Source: Breoghania sp. (GTDB lineage Bacteria; Pseudomonadota; Alphaproteobacteria; Rhizobiales; Stappiaceae). From it: a stretch of DNA of 64,000 bases. A program made the translations under genes and the position numbers. Shown piece by piece: positions 55,335 through 64,000 of the stretch. Every line of letters begins with the position of its first letter. Within the stretch, counting starts at the first letter, position 1. The stretch is from contig CAXXGA010000001.1 of NCBI GenBank assembly GCA_963678585.2, positions 518,228-582,227 on the forward strand, in the 5' to 3' direction. The notes under the pieces are model-generated. The model did not search any database, was not told where the DNA came from, and saw nothing but the letters and a program-made list of their open reading frames with translations.

Positions 55335-55428
55335 GGATCTTCCTGCGGCTTCAGCCGACGAGGCGTCGACTCGAAAGAGCATTCTGTACGAAAATTCGCG
55401 CGAAGAAACCGCGCTGGCGCTTCGGGAG

Positions 55429-55857
55429 CTATCGGTTGGGACCGGACCCGAAGCGGTTCGGTCCCGGATCTCCAGCTTTCAGACCTACGCCGAGCAGGAC
55501 CAGGAAATTGATCAACGGCACGACCCAAAGGACGGCGGTCAGGCCGGGCCATCCGAAATCGCGGGCGCGCTTGGCGATCAGCACAAAGAACACCCACTGG
55601 AAGACCAGCAGAAAGAACATGGCGATGGAGCCGGTGTCGCTCATGACCACATGTTCAACGCCGTCCAGATTGGTCTCAATGACCATCATCCCTTCCCACA
55701 GGGGCCTGAGTGCGAAATTGATGCAGGTCAGCGTCGCAAGCGCCAGCCAGTAAACCTGACGCGAGATGCGTCCGGCCGGGCTGAAAAACAGGCTGACAAG
55801 CGTCATGGGTCTGGCAGGCGCAACGGGTCGGTCGTTCATCGGAGCATTCTGTTCCAT
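55429..55857 (-). CDS. DUF805-family inner-membrane protein
   Basis: [30 protein letters not shown]. Confidence 0.8.
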   Translation of the reverse strand: MEQNAPMNDRPVAPARPMTLVSLFFSPAGRISRQVYWLALATLTCINFALRPLWEGMMVIETNLDGVEHVVMSDTGSIAMFFLLVFQWVFFVLIAKRARDFGWPGLTAVLWVVPLINFLVLLGVGLKAGDPGPNRFGSGPNR

Positions 55858-55940
55858 GGGTGAAGGCTTGCAGCAACGCCGCGCAAGCCGCGCCGTCACA
55901 GGCGCTCGAAAGCGTTACCTATTGTCGTTGCCCGCCGGAC

Positions 55941-56792
55941 TCAAGGGGTATGTGGCATCTCGCCCGTCCCGGGCTTGACCATATTGATCGTATCACACAA
56001 CCAGTCGGCCGCCGACCGCACGGCCGGACGCTCTTTCATGTCCTCGTGGACAACCAGCCACAACGGTCGTTCGACATGAACCGGAGGGTCGATTGCAGCG
56101 ATGCCCGGCGTCGACGCAATCATCCAGTCCGGCAACATCCCCGCGCCGAGCCCCCTCTGCACCGCCCTGCAGATAGCTGGCAAAGAAACGATCCGCGCCA
56201 CCGGCGTGGCATTGCCGAAACGCGCCATGATTGTCGCGATCTCCGGGAGGTCGTCCATGTCCCGCTCATAGGCGATGTAGTTCGTCGGCTCCGTGCCTTC
56301 CCGCACTGCCAGCATGAACCGCATGCGCCCGACGCGGCGCGCCACCAACTTGCCGCGCTCGGGCCGCTGAAGGCGGATGGAGATATCCGCCTCACGCCGA
56401 GCCAGGGAGGCCGTCTCGTTCGAGCCGACAAGCTCCAGCACCAGCCCCGGATGACGCGCTACGAATTCCGGCAGCCGCGGGGCGATCATGTGTTCGATGA
56501 TCGTCATGACGGAGCTGATGCGTACCGTCGCCGGGGAACCGCCGATTTCGGTAACCGACGCGGCCAGCGCGCGCTCCATCGCTTCGCCCGCCGCCATGAC
56601 CGCGCGGCCGGCGGCGGTGGGAACGAGTTTGCGTTCCTTGCGCCTGAACAAGGTCGATCCCGCCGCCAGCTCCGCCCCGGCAAGCCTTCGGGAGATGGTC
56701 GTTTCATTCACGCCAAGCGCCCGCGCTGCGGCCGCGACCGTGCCCGTACGCGCGATGATCAGGACCAGCTGGTGATCGTTCCATGTCAGCAT
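55941..56792 (-). CDS. LysR-family transcription regulator
   Basis: WND..L.L.IAR.GTV.AAAR.LGVNETTISRRL, LARREADISIRL, LWLVVH.D. Confidence 0.9.
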   Translation of the reverse strand: MLTWNDHQLVLIIARTGTVAAAARALGVNETTISRRLAGAELAAGSTLFRRKERKLVPTAAGRAVMAAGEAMERALAASVTEIGGSPATVRISSVMTIIEHMIAPRLPEFVARHPGLVLELVGSNETASLARREADISIRLQRPERGKLVARRVGRMRFMLAVREGTEPTNYIAYERDMDDLPEIATIMARFGNATPVARIVSLPAICRAVQRGLGAGMLPDWMIASTPGIAAIDPPVHVERPLWLVVHEDMKERPAVRSAADWLCDTINMVKPGTGEMPHTP

Positions 56793-56904
56793 CCTGCATA
56801 TTTGCAGGTTTGAACGGCACAAGCGAGGCGTTTCCGCACGACCCGGCACAGCCTATGGTTACCAAATTGCCTCAAGCCCGACCATTTCCAGGGAAAGACA
56901 CGGG

Positions 56905-57516
56905 ATGCTTTCGACGTTTCAGACGATGCCGAAGACCTTGCGCGATATCGCCGGCTTCCAAAGATGGCGGCATCCCATTGCCGGTGAGGCGGCCGTTTTG
57001 CTGATCGACGCACAGGAGGAATACCGCTCCGGGGCGCTGGCGCTTGGCGACGTCACCCAGGCGCTTTGCGAAATCGCAGCCTTGCGTCAGCGGGCGCAGG
57101 AACTGGAACTGCCGGTCATCCATATCCGCCATATCGGATCGCGGGGCGGATTGTTCGACGTCGACGCGCATGGTGGAACCTTTTGCGCGGAAGCGGAGCC
57201 GTTGGCCGGGGAGCTGGTGATCGACAAGCGCCTGCCCAACGCCTTCACCGGCACCGATCTGGCCGAACGGCTCAGTGCGCTCGATATCAATCGCATCATC
57301 GTCGCCGGGTTCATGACGCATATGTGCGTCTCGTCCACGGTGCGCGGGGCGCTGGATCTGGGCCTGGAAGCGGCGGTCATCGCCAACAGTTGCGCAACCC
57401 GTCCCCTGCCCGGCCATGACGGGGAGGAAATCTCGGCAAAGGACATGCACCGCGCCGCCCTCGCGGCCATGTCCGATCGCTTTGCGCATATCCTGCCGAC
57501 ATCCGACGAGATCTGA
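56905..57516 (+). CDS. Isochorismatase/cysteine hydrolase-family protein
   Basis: Catalytic triad positions intact: LIDAQEEY (D), IDKRLPNAF (K), GFMTHMCVSST (C); divergent from LysR. Confidence 0.88.
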   Translation: MLSTFQTMPKTLRDIAGFQRWRHPIAGEAAVLLIDAQEEYRSGALALGDVTQALCEIAALRQRAQELELPVIHIRHIGSRGGLFDVDAHGGTFCAEAEPLAGELVIDKRLPNAFTGTDLAERLSALDINRIIVAGFMTHMCVSSTVRGALDLGLEAAVIANSCATRPLPGHDGEEISAKDMHRAALAAMSDRFAHILPTSDEI

Positions 57517-57564
57517 CCGAAGGCCCCAAGACCCGGGATCCAAGACCCAACAATCAGAATGATA

Positions 57565-57598
57565 AAAAACCCGGGGCCGCAAGCGACCCCGGGTTTTT
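57565..57598. terminator. Bidirectional intrinsic terminator
   Basis: AAAAACCCGGGG...CCCCGGGTTTTT between convergent genes. Confidence 0.8.
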
Positions 57599-57649
57599 CA
57601 TTCGCTCATATCTTTTCACCCGCATCGCGAGGACGGGGCAAGGCGCGGA

Positions 57650-58504
57650 TCAGTCGCGCAGCAGGTCGTTGATCGACGTCTTGGAGCGGGTCTGCGCATC
57701 GACGCGCTTGACGATGACCGCGCAATAGAGGCTCGGGCCCGGACGACCGTCGGGAAGCGGCTTGCCGGGCATGGAGCCGGAAACGACCACCGAGTAGGGC
57801 GGCACCTTGCCGATGTGGATTTCGCCGGTGTTGCGGTCGACGATCTTGGTGGACGCGCCGATGAAGACGCCCATGGAAATCACCGCGCCTTCGCCGACGA
57901 CCACGCCTTCCACCACTTCCGAACGCGCGCCGATGAAGCAGTTGTCCTCGATGATGACCGGACCGGCCTGCAGAGGCTCAAGCACACCGCCGATGCCGAC
58001 GCCGCCCGACAGGTGCACGTTCTTGCCGATCTGTGCGCAGGAGCCGACCGTCACCCAGGTATCGACCATGGTGCCGGTATCGACATGGGCGCCGAGGTTC
58101 ACGAAGGACGGCATCAGCACGACGCCCGGTGCGACATAGGCGGAACGGCGCACAACGCAGTTGGGAACGGCGCGGAAACCGGCCTGTTCGAATTCCGCAG
58201 CGCCCCAACCCTCGAACTTGGAGGGCACCTTGTCCCACCACGAGGAATTGCCCGGTCCGCCCGGAATGGTCGCCATCGGGTTGAGGCGGAAGGAAAGCAG
58301 CACGGCCTTTTTCAGCCACTGGTTGACGACCCATTCGTCTCCCGCTTTCTCCGCAACGCGCGCTTCGCCCCTGTCGAGCATGTTCAGCGCGGTCTCAACC
58401 GCATCACGGACTTCGCCACGCGTCGAGGTGTCGACATTCGCACGGTCCTCAAAGGCGGCTTCGATCGTCGCCTGAAGGGCAGCAAGATCAGAGGGGGTGG
58501 TCAT
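57650..58504 (-). CDS. dapD: 2,3,4,5-tetrahydropyridine-2,6-dicarboxylate N-succinyltransferase
   Basis: [60 protein letters not shown]. Confidence 0.97.
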   Translation of the reverse strand: MTTPSDLAALQATIEAAFEDRANVDTSTRGEVRDAVETALNMLDRGEARVAEKAGDEWVVNQWLKKAVLLSFRLNPMATIPGGPGNSSWWDKVPSKFEGWGAAEFEQAGFRAVPNCVVRRSAYVAPGVVLMPSFVNLGAHVDTGTMVDTWVTVGSCAQIGKNVHLSGGVGIGGVLEPLQAGPVIIEDNCFIGARSEVVEGVVVGEGAVISMGVFIGASTKIVDRNTGEIHIGKVPPYSVVVSGSMPGKPLPDGRPGPSLYCAVIVKRVDAQTRSKTSINDLLRD

Positions 58505-58748
58505 GGGTCGCGTCTTCTCCGAGAAAGAGCTGATGGGGGGATCCGCGGCGGAGAAAAGCCGCCACAGAGCGGGAAGTCAATACGCTACAGCGCCTGTGGA
58601 GCGCGTGAGAGGACAGTTTTCCCGCTTCCGGCGGAAGGCCCCGCAAATCCGCGCCATTACGCTGCAGCGCACAGTGCGAACTGGACAAGACCAGAGCACA
58701 AGAGTAAGTAGCAAATCCCAGCCATACCCTACGGAAATTTGTCGATCC

Positions 58749-59651
58749 ATGGAATTATGGATTCCCATAACGATCGCGGCGGCGTTCCTCCAGAACCTGC
58801 GTTCTGCGCTTCAGAAGCATCTGAAAGGTCATCTTGGCACAGCGGGTGCGACTTTCGTGCGCTTCGGCTACGGATTTCCCTTTGCGTCGGCCTATGTGGC
58901 AGTCCTGCATCTGGGCTTCGGACACGCCCTGCCCACGGCCAATGTCACCTTCGCCCTTGCCGCCGTCGGCGGCGGTCTTGCGCAGATTTTCGCGACCTTC
59001 CTGCTCGTGCACCTCTTTTCCTTCCGCAATTTCGCGGTCGGTACGGCCTATTCCAAGACCGAGCCCGTTCAGGCGGCCATCTTCGGTCTCGTGCTGCTTG
59101 GCGAGACGATCACGCTTTCCGCGGTGATCGCGATTGCGGTGGGCGTCATCGGGGTGATCATCATTTCCGTCGCCCGGCAACCGCTTTCGTGGCGCACGAT
59201 ATCCGGCTCGCTCGTCGGACGTCCGGCGCTGATCGGCCTTGCGTCAGCCGCCCTTTTCGGCGGATCGGCGGCCTGCTACCGCACCGCGTCCCTGTCGCTC
59301 GGCGGCGACGATTTCCTGATGCAGGCAGCCTTCACACTGGGCTTCGTCACCATCTTCCAGACCGCGCTCATGGGCCTGTGGATGAAAAAGTACGAACCGG
59401 AGCAGCTTGCCGCCGCCTTCAAACACTGGCGGATCGCCGTGTGGGTCGGGATTGTCGGCGTGGTCGGATCGGCCGGATGGTTCACCGCCAACACGCTGCA
59501 GAAGGTCGCCTATGTGCGCACGCTGGCGCAGATCGAACTGGTTTTCACCTTCGCCATGTCGGCCTTCGTCTTCCGCGAGGCGATCAACCGCAAGGAAGTG
59601 CTGGGCTGCGTGCTGATCGTCGGATCGGTCATCCTGCTTTTGGCAGGCTGA
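58749..59651 (+). CDS. DMT/EamA-family transporter
   Basis: MELWIPITIAAAFLQNLRS.LQK, RNFAVGTAYSKTE, RTLAQIELVF; about ten TM segments. Confidence 0.82.
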   Translation: MELWIPITIAAAFLQNLRSALQKHLKGHLGTAGATFVRFGYGFPFASAYVAVLHLGFGHALPTANVTFALAAVGGGLAQIFATFLLVHLFSFRNFAVGTAYSKTEPVQAAIFGLVLLGETITLSAVIAIAVGVIGVIIISVARQPLSWRTISGSLVGRPALIGLASAALFGGSAACYRTASLSLGGDDFLMQAAFTLGFVTIFQTALMGLWMKKYEPEQLAAAFKHWRIAVWVGIVGVVGSAGWFTANTLQKVAYVRTLAQIELVFTFAMSAFVFREAINRKEVLGCVLIVGSVILLLAG

Positions 59652-59684
59652 GAGGCGCTCTCGACGCCTGCGCCGAGGAACGGA

Positions 59685-60146
59685 TCAGCCGCGTCCGCGA
59701 TAGGGCGGCACACCCTGATCGGGGATCCAGACGCCCTTGGGCGCTTCGCCCGTCTGCCAGAAAACATCGATGGGAATGCCGCCACGCGGATACCAGTAGC
59801 CGCCGATGCGGAGCCAGCGGGGGCTCAGCCTCTCCGTCAGCCGACGCCCGATAGCCACCGTGCAATCCTCGTGGAAAGCGCCGTGGTTGCGGAATGACGT
59901 CAGGAAAAGCTTCAACGACTTGGATTCCACCAGCCACTGATCCGGCACATAGTCGATCACGATGTGGGCGAAGTCGGGCTGGCCGGTCACCGGGCAGAGA
60001 GACGTGAACTCCGGGCAGACGAAGCGCGCCACATAGTCCGTGTCGGGATGCGGATTGGGCACCCGGTCAAGCGTCGCGCTTTCGGGATCGGTCGGGATCT
60101 CGACCGCATGTCCGAGGGCTGGGGCGTCACTGGATGAGGCAGACAT
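59685..60146 (-). CDS. queF: NADPH-dependent preQ0 reductase (unimodular QueF)
   Basis: [16 protein letters not shown], QueF motif [21 protein letters not shown]. Confidence 0.95.
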   Translation of the reverse strand: MSASSSDAPALGHAVEIPTDPESATLDRVPNPHPDTDYVARFVCPEFTSLCPVTGQPDFAHIVIDYVPDQWLVESKSLKLFLTSFRNHGAFHEDCTVAIGRRLTERLSPRWLRIGGYWYPRGGIPIDVFWQTGEAPKGVWIPDQGVPPYRGRG

Positions 60147-60166
60147 GATAAGGGGCTCCGGGCCGC

Positions 60167-60194
60167 GGGGTCAGGGATCGGGGATCAGGGATCC
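60167..60194. repeat. Heptamer tandem repeat
   Basis: GGGGTCA GGGATCG GGGATCA GGGATCC upstream of queF. Confidence 0.7.
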
Positions 60195-60265
60195 GATGAA
60201 CGCATGGCTTACCCGCATCCCCGCTCGCGCTCAACTCAAATGACCCACCGCGCAGATTTGCAGCC

Positions 60266-61426
60266 TCAACCGACCCGCGTGACCCCTTCCAGAAATTCCC
60301 TGAGGTCGGCACGCACCTGCTGGAGGCGTTCCACCTGGGCGGAGAGCGAGCCGGAGGCGTCCAGCACCTGTCCGCCGATTTCCGCCGCACCTTCATTTGC
60401 GGTGCGCACCGCGCTGATGCCGGAGGTAACGCCGCCTGCCCCGCGCGCGGCCTCCTCCACATTGCGGGCGATCTCGCCGGTTGCCGCGGTCTGCTCCTCC
60501 ACCGCGGAAGCGATGGCGTTGGAAATCTCGCTCACCCGTTCGATCGCCTCGCTGATCTGGGCATTGGCCTGCACGGCCGTGCCGGTTGCCGATTGCAGCG
60601 ACATGATCTCGTCGTTGATCTCCTTGGTCGCGCTCGCGGTCTGACCGGCCAGAGCCTTGACCTCGGAGGCGACGACCGCGAAGCCCTTGCCCATTTCGCC
60701 AGCGCGCGCCGCCTCGATGGTGGCGTTGAGCGCGAGAAGGTTGGTCTGGGCCGCAATGTCGGTGATGAGCTGGATGACGACACCGATGCGTTCCGATTTT
60801 TCCGACAAGCCGTCGATCTCCCGGTTCATGGCGTGGGACTTGTCCACCGTGCCTTGCGCAATTTCCGCCGCGCTGATCACCTGCCGGTTGATCTCGCCGA
60901 TGGACTGGGTGAGTTCCTCAGTGGTGGCGGCGACATTGCGCATGTTGGCGGCGGCCTCCTCCGCGCCGGAGGAGACATCAAGAGAGCGGTTGCTGGCCGC
61001 CTCACTGGCGTTCGCCATTTCGCCGGAGGCGGTCTTCAGTTCCGACGTCGCGCCCTCAATCCGCTCAACCGTCTCGTGCAGGCGCTCTTCCAGCCGGTTG
61101 GCGAGGCCGCAGAAATTCTCGTGCCGCTCGCGGAGCTTGTCGGTTACCGTATTGATGCTTCGCGCGGCTTCCGCAAAGGAGCCGAGCATGCCCTGCTCGG
61201 AGATCAGCCTGAAATGCTTGTTCTGGCCCACGTAGTCCAGACAGGCCTTGGATTCGCGCAAGTATGCGTCGGTGCGGTCGATCAGGAGGTTGATGGCATG
61301 CATCAGTTCCGCCGTGTCGCTGCCGTCGTCGATATTGAGAATGCGCGCTTCGAAATCGCCGGCGGCAACCGCCTTGCAGACTTCGGTGGCATGGCGGAGG
61401 TTTGCGCGTTTCGCCCGAAAGATCAT
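60266..61426 (-). CDS. Soluble methyl-accepting chemotaxis protein (HAMP-like repeats plus signalling domain, no TM)
   Basis: [21 protein letters not shown]; hairpin tip [37 protein letters not shown]; no hydrophobic segment; SD AGGA. Confidence 0.9.
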   Translation of the reverse strand: MIFRAKRANLRHATEVCKAVAAGDFEARILNIDDGSDTAELMHAINLLIDRTDAYLRESKACLDYVGQNKHFRLISEQGMLGSFAEAARSINTVTDKLRERHENFCGLANRLEERLHETVERIEGATSELKTASGEMANASEAASNRSLDVSSGAEEAAANMRNVAATTEELTQSIGEINRQVISAAEIAQGTVDKSHAMNREIDGLSEKSERIGVVIQLITDIAAQTNLLALNATIEAARAGEMGKGFAVVASEVKALAGQTASATKEINDEIMSLQSATGTAVQANAQISEAIERVSEISNAIASAVEEQTAATGEIARNVEEAARGAGGVTSGISAVRTANEGAAEIGGQVLDASGSLSAQVERLQQVRADLREFLEGVTRVG

Positions 61427-61472
61427 CGTTGTCTCGTCCTGTCCAGTGCCGGAAATCCGTCGCCGTTCCCGC

Positions 61473-62027
61473 TTAGGCCGCCGCCCGCAGAGAGCCGCGG
61501 GCCGTCAGCTTTGCGATCAGTTCGTCGTAGGGAAGGCCATGGCGCGAAACGCGGTCGATCAAAAGCTCATAGCCGGCGGCAAGCTGCTCCTTGCCGTTCC
61601 GGTGGCGCGCCTCTTCGGCGAGCACTTCCTGGTAGAGCGGTACGATCACATCGTCGACCACGGAGCGGTTCGGCACGCGGCGGTTGGAATGATAGCCGAT
61701 GATCCGGCCCGCCCTGTCGAAGCTCGGGGTGACATGGGCATAGACCCAGTAGTGATCGCCGGTCTTCGCCCGGTTCAGCACATAGGCGAAGATCTCGTGC
61801 CCAGCCTCGATCGTGTCCCAGAGCAGCTTGAAGACAGCGCGCGGCATGTCGGGATGGCGGATGATGCTATGGGGCTGGCCCATGATTTCCGCTTCGGTGA
61901 AAGCGGCCACCTGCAGAAACGTGCGATTGGCGTAGGTGATGTGGCCCTTCATGTCCGTCTTGCTGACGATCACGTCGTCCTTGTCGAAAAAACGTTCGAC
62001 CCCCGTCAGCGACAACGGCTTGCTCAT
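61473..62027 (-). CDS. Stand-alone Aer-type PAS domain protein
   Basis: [42 protein letters not shown]; SD GGGAG. Confidence 0.88.
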   Translation of the reverse strand: MSKPLSLTGVERFFDKDDVIVSKTDMKGHITYANRTFLQVAAFTEAEIMGQPHSIIRHPDMPRAVFKLLWDTIEAGHEIFAYVLNRAKTGDHYWVYAHVTPSFDRAGRIIGYHSNRRVPNRSVVDDVIVPLYQEVLAEEARHRNGKEQLAAGYELLIDRVSRHGLPYDELIAKLTARGSLRAAA

Positions 62028-62144
62028 TGGCTTTCTCCCGGATTTCCGCTGTTCGGAACGCCCCCACCCGGAGGTTCTCCATCTACGGAATGGGATAATA
62101 TTTTTCCGGCGTAAAATTCTAATAAATCTAATATTACACAATAA

Positions 62145-62168
62145 TACCTAGGAAATAGTATCTAGGTA
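62145..62168. promoter_or_regulatory. Palindromic site in the AT-rich region upstream of the PAS-MCP operon
   Basis: TACCTAG-N10-CTAGGTA. Confidence 0.45.
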
Positions 62169-62232
62169 CACGCGAACCACGAAGCTCTCCCCGGCAGATC
62201 ACGCAGGAGACGTCGCACATACAAGGCGCCTT

Positions 62233-62257
62233 CACCGTCGGCATCGGGCCGACGGTG
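62233..62257. other. GC-rich hairpin downstream of def
   Basis: CACCGTCGGC-ATCGG-GCCGACGGTG; no clear U-tract. Confidence 0.5.
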
Positions 62258-62284
62258 GCGCTCAGACTTTGTCGGGCGAGAATA

Positions 62285-62812
62285 TCAGGCGCTGGCGCGC
62301 TGCTTTTCGTGGCGGGCCTGCTTGGTGAACTTCTTGATCACCCGCTCGCGCTTCAGCCGCGAGATATGATCGATGAACAGGACGCCGTTCAGATGATCGA
62401 TCTCGTGCTGCAGGCAGGTCGCCAGAAGACCGTCGGCCTCAAGCTCGCATTCGCGTCCCTCGCGGTCGAGGAACTTCACGCGCACCTTCTCCGGACGCTC
62501 CACATCCTCGTAATACTCGGGAATGGAGAGGCAACCTTCCTGGTAGACGGCTTTTTCTTCCGACGACCAGACGATCTCCGGATTGATGAAGACCTGCGGA
62601 TCCTTGGGCTGATCATCCTTGGCGACGTCGAGCACGAGCAGGCGCTTGGGGATGGCGATCTGGATCGCGGCCAGCCCTATGCCGGGAGCGTCGTACATGG
62701 TTTCAAGCATATCGTCGGCAAGCTGACGGATATCGCTGTCGACCGCCTCGACGGGCTTGGAGACCTGACGCAGCATGGCGTCGGGGATGATGATGATTTC
62801 ACGTTTGGCCAT
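62285..62812 (-). CDS. def: Peptide deformylase
   Basis: [25 protein letters not shown]; start 62812 or 62818. Confidence 0.96.
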   Translation of the reverse strand: MAKREIIIIPDAMLRQVSKPVEAVDSDIRQLADDMLETMYDAPGIGLAAIQIAIPKRLLVLDVAKDDQPKDPQVFINPEIVWSSEEKAVYQEGCLSIPEYYEDVERPEKVRVKFLDREGRECELEADGLLATCLQHEIDHLNGVLFIDHISRLKRERVIKKFTKQARHEKQRASA

Positions 62813-62943
62813 GGCCATTCAGATAGGCGGTGATTGGCTCGCGGTCAATCTCGTGAAATCACAAAAACGGCACGAAACGGGGCTATTTCCGTTCCGCGCC
62901 GCCAATATTTCCGTTAACCGCCGGTCTGACGGGGCTTGCCCAC

Positions 62944-64000
62944 CTAGTGGCGCTCCACCTGGCTCACGTCGCGCACCGCGCCACGGGCGGCGGAGGTCGC
63001 CAGCGCGCCATAGGCGCGAAGCGCCTGCGTGATCTTGCGCTTGCGCGGCTTGGCGGGCTTCCAGGCGTCCTTGCCCTTGGCTTCCATCGCAGCGCGGCGG
63101 GTCGCCAGCACCTCGTCGGAAACCTTCAGTTCGATCTTGCGGTTCGGGATATCGATCTCGATCAGATCGCCCTCTTCCACCAGACCGACGGTGCCGCCTT
63201 CGGCGGCTTCCGGCGAGACGTGGCCGATGGAGAGCCCCGAGGAGCCGCCGGAGAAGCGGCCGTCTGTGATCAGGGCGCAGGCCTTGCCCAGCCCCTTCGA
63301 CTTCAGATAGCTCGTCGGATAGAGCATTTCCTGCATGCCCGGGCCACCCTTGGGGCCCTCATAGCGCACGAGCACGATGTCGCCGGGGTTGATCTTGCCG
63401 GTGAGAATATCGCTCACCGCCTGATCCTGACTTTCGCAGATGCGGGCCGGGCCGGTGAATTTCAGGATGCTCTCGTCGACGCCGGAGGTCTTCACGATGC
63501 AGCCGTCCTCGGCGAGGTTGCCGAAGAGCACCGCCAGACCGCCATCCTTGGAGAAGGCGTCGTCATAGGCGCGGATGATGCCGGACTTGCGGTCGGTGTC
63601 GACCGCGTCATAACGGTTGTTCTGGCTGAAGGCCGTCTGGGTCGGCACGCCGCCAGGCGCGGAGCGGAAGAACTCGTGCACCGCATCGCTGTTGGTGCGC
63701 ATCACGTCCCAGCGGTCGAGCGCATCGCCCATGGTGGCGGAATGGATCGTACCGACCGACTTGTCGATGAGACCGGCCCGCTCAAGCTCGCCGAGAATGC
63801 CCATGATGCCGCCTGCGTGGTGGACATCTTCCACATGCACGTTGGCGACCGAGGGCGCGACCTTGCACAGCACCGGCACGCGGCGCGACAGGCGGTCGAT
63901 ATCGGCCATGGTGAAGTCGACCTCGCCTTCCTGCGCTGCGGCAAGCAGATGCAGGACGGTGTTGGTGGAGCCGCCCATGGCGATGTCGAGCGACATGGCG
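62944..64000 (-). CDS. ilvD: Dihydroxy-acid dehydratase, 3' part (5' end outside window)
   Basis: [60 protein letters not shown]. Confidence 0.96.
   Translation of the reverse strand, partial: AMSLDIAMGGSTNTVLHLLAAAQEGEVDFTMADIDRLSRRVPVLCKVAPSVANVHVEDVHHAGGIMGILGELERAGLIDKSVGTIHSATMGDALDRWDVMRTNSDAVHEFFRSAPGGVPTQTAFSQNNRYDAVDTDRKSGIIRAYDDAFSKDGGLAVLFGNLAEDGCIVKTSGVDESILKFTGPARICESQDQAVSDILTGKINPGDIVLVRYEGPKGGPGMQEMLYPTSYLKSKGLGKACALITDGRFSGGSSGLSIGHVSPEAAEGGTVGLVEEGDLIEIDIPNRKIELKVSDEVLATRRAAMEAKGKDAWKPAKPRKRKITQALRAYGALATSAARGAVRDVSQVERH

Noticed and set aside
58497-58748. Long N-terminal extensions in the ORF track (EamA 58497, dctP 2595, uppP 27697, permease 12146, pcaJ 44057)
   Set aside because: Artefacts of first-start calling; downstream starts have SD sequences and match family N-termini
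25639-60146. queG and queF in the same window
   Set aside because: They are 33 kb apart in unrelated contexts; ordinary scattered queuosine genes
60147-60265. Searched for a preQ1 riboswitch upstream of queF
   Set aside because: No preQ1-I stem/A-rich tail pattern visible; only the heptamer repeat
1-64000. CRISPR arrays, rRNA, IS elements, prophage or defence genes
   Set aside because: No regularly spaced repeat-spacer units, and no transposase, terminase, nuclease or cas motifs seen in the ORF track

Overview
High-GC alphaproteobacterial chromosome segment. Gene content and order (nrnC-lptCAB-rpoN-hpf-ptsN, uppP, NDUFA9-like, dapD/dapE, def/fmt/truA) point to Hyphomicrobiales/Rhizobiales. 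0-25 kb is mostly catabolic and transport DNA: the end of a peptide ABC system, a MocR regulator divergent from a TRAP transporter-HMG-CoA reductase-HMG-CoA lyase operon, mmsB, a glucose-type sugar ABC transporter, an allA-like gene, a CodA-family deaminase, a nucleoside-type ABC operon with an embedded amidase, and an SDR/acyl-CoA dehydrogenase pair. 25-40 kb is core DNA (queG, GST, uppP, tRNA-Leu(CAG), nrnC, lpt, rpoN, hpf, ptsN), with a roughly 3 kb accessory islet behind the tRNA carrying a GGDEF/degenerate-EAL gene. 40-50 kb holds ibpA (RpoH promoter plus ROSE-like thermometer), an orphan FecR protein, pcaR-pcaIJF, a TetR, an RcnB-like protein and a B12 radical-SAM gene. 50-64 kb holds fmt/truA/dapE/dapD/queF with insertions, a split PAS plus soluble MCP pair, def and partial ilvD. 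Best candidate for an undescribed system: the TRAP-mvaA-mvaB operon (putative mevalonate uptake and catabolism) under a PLP-dependent MocR regulator. Next best: the RutR-box/CodA(D314-equivalent Cys)/amidase modified-nucleobase module, the fully soluble bipartite Aer-like receptor, and an apparent 12 kb inversion separating def from fmt. I found no CRISPR array, rRNA or intact mobile element. All family calls come from motifs recognised by eye; no database search was run.
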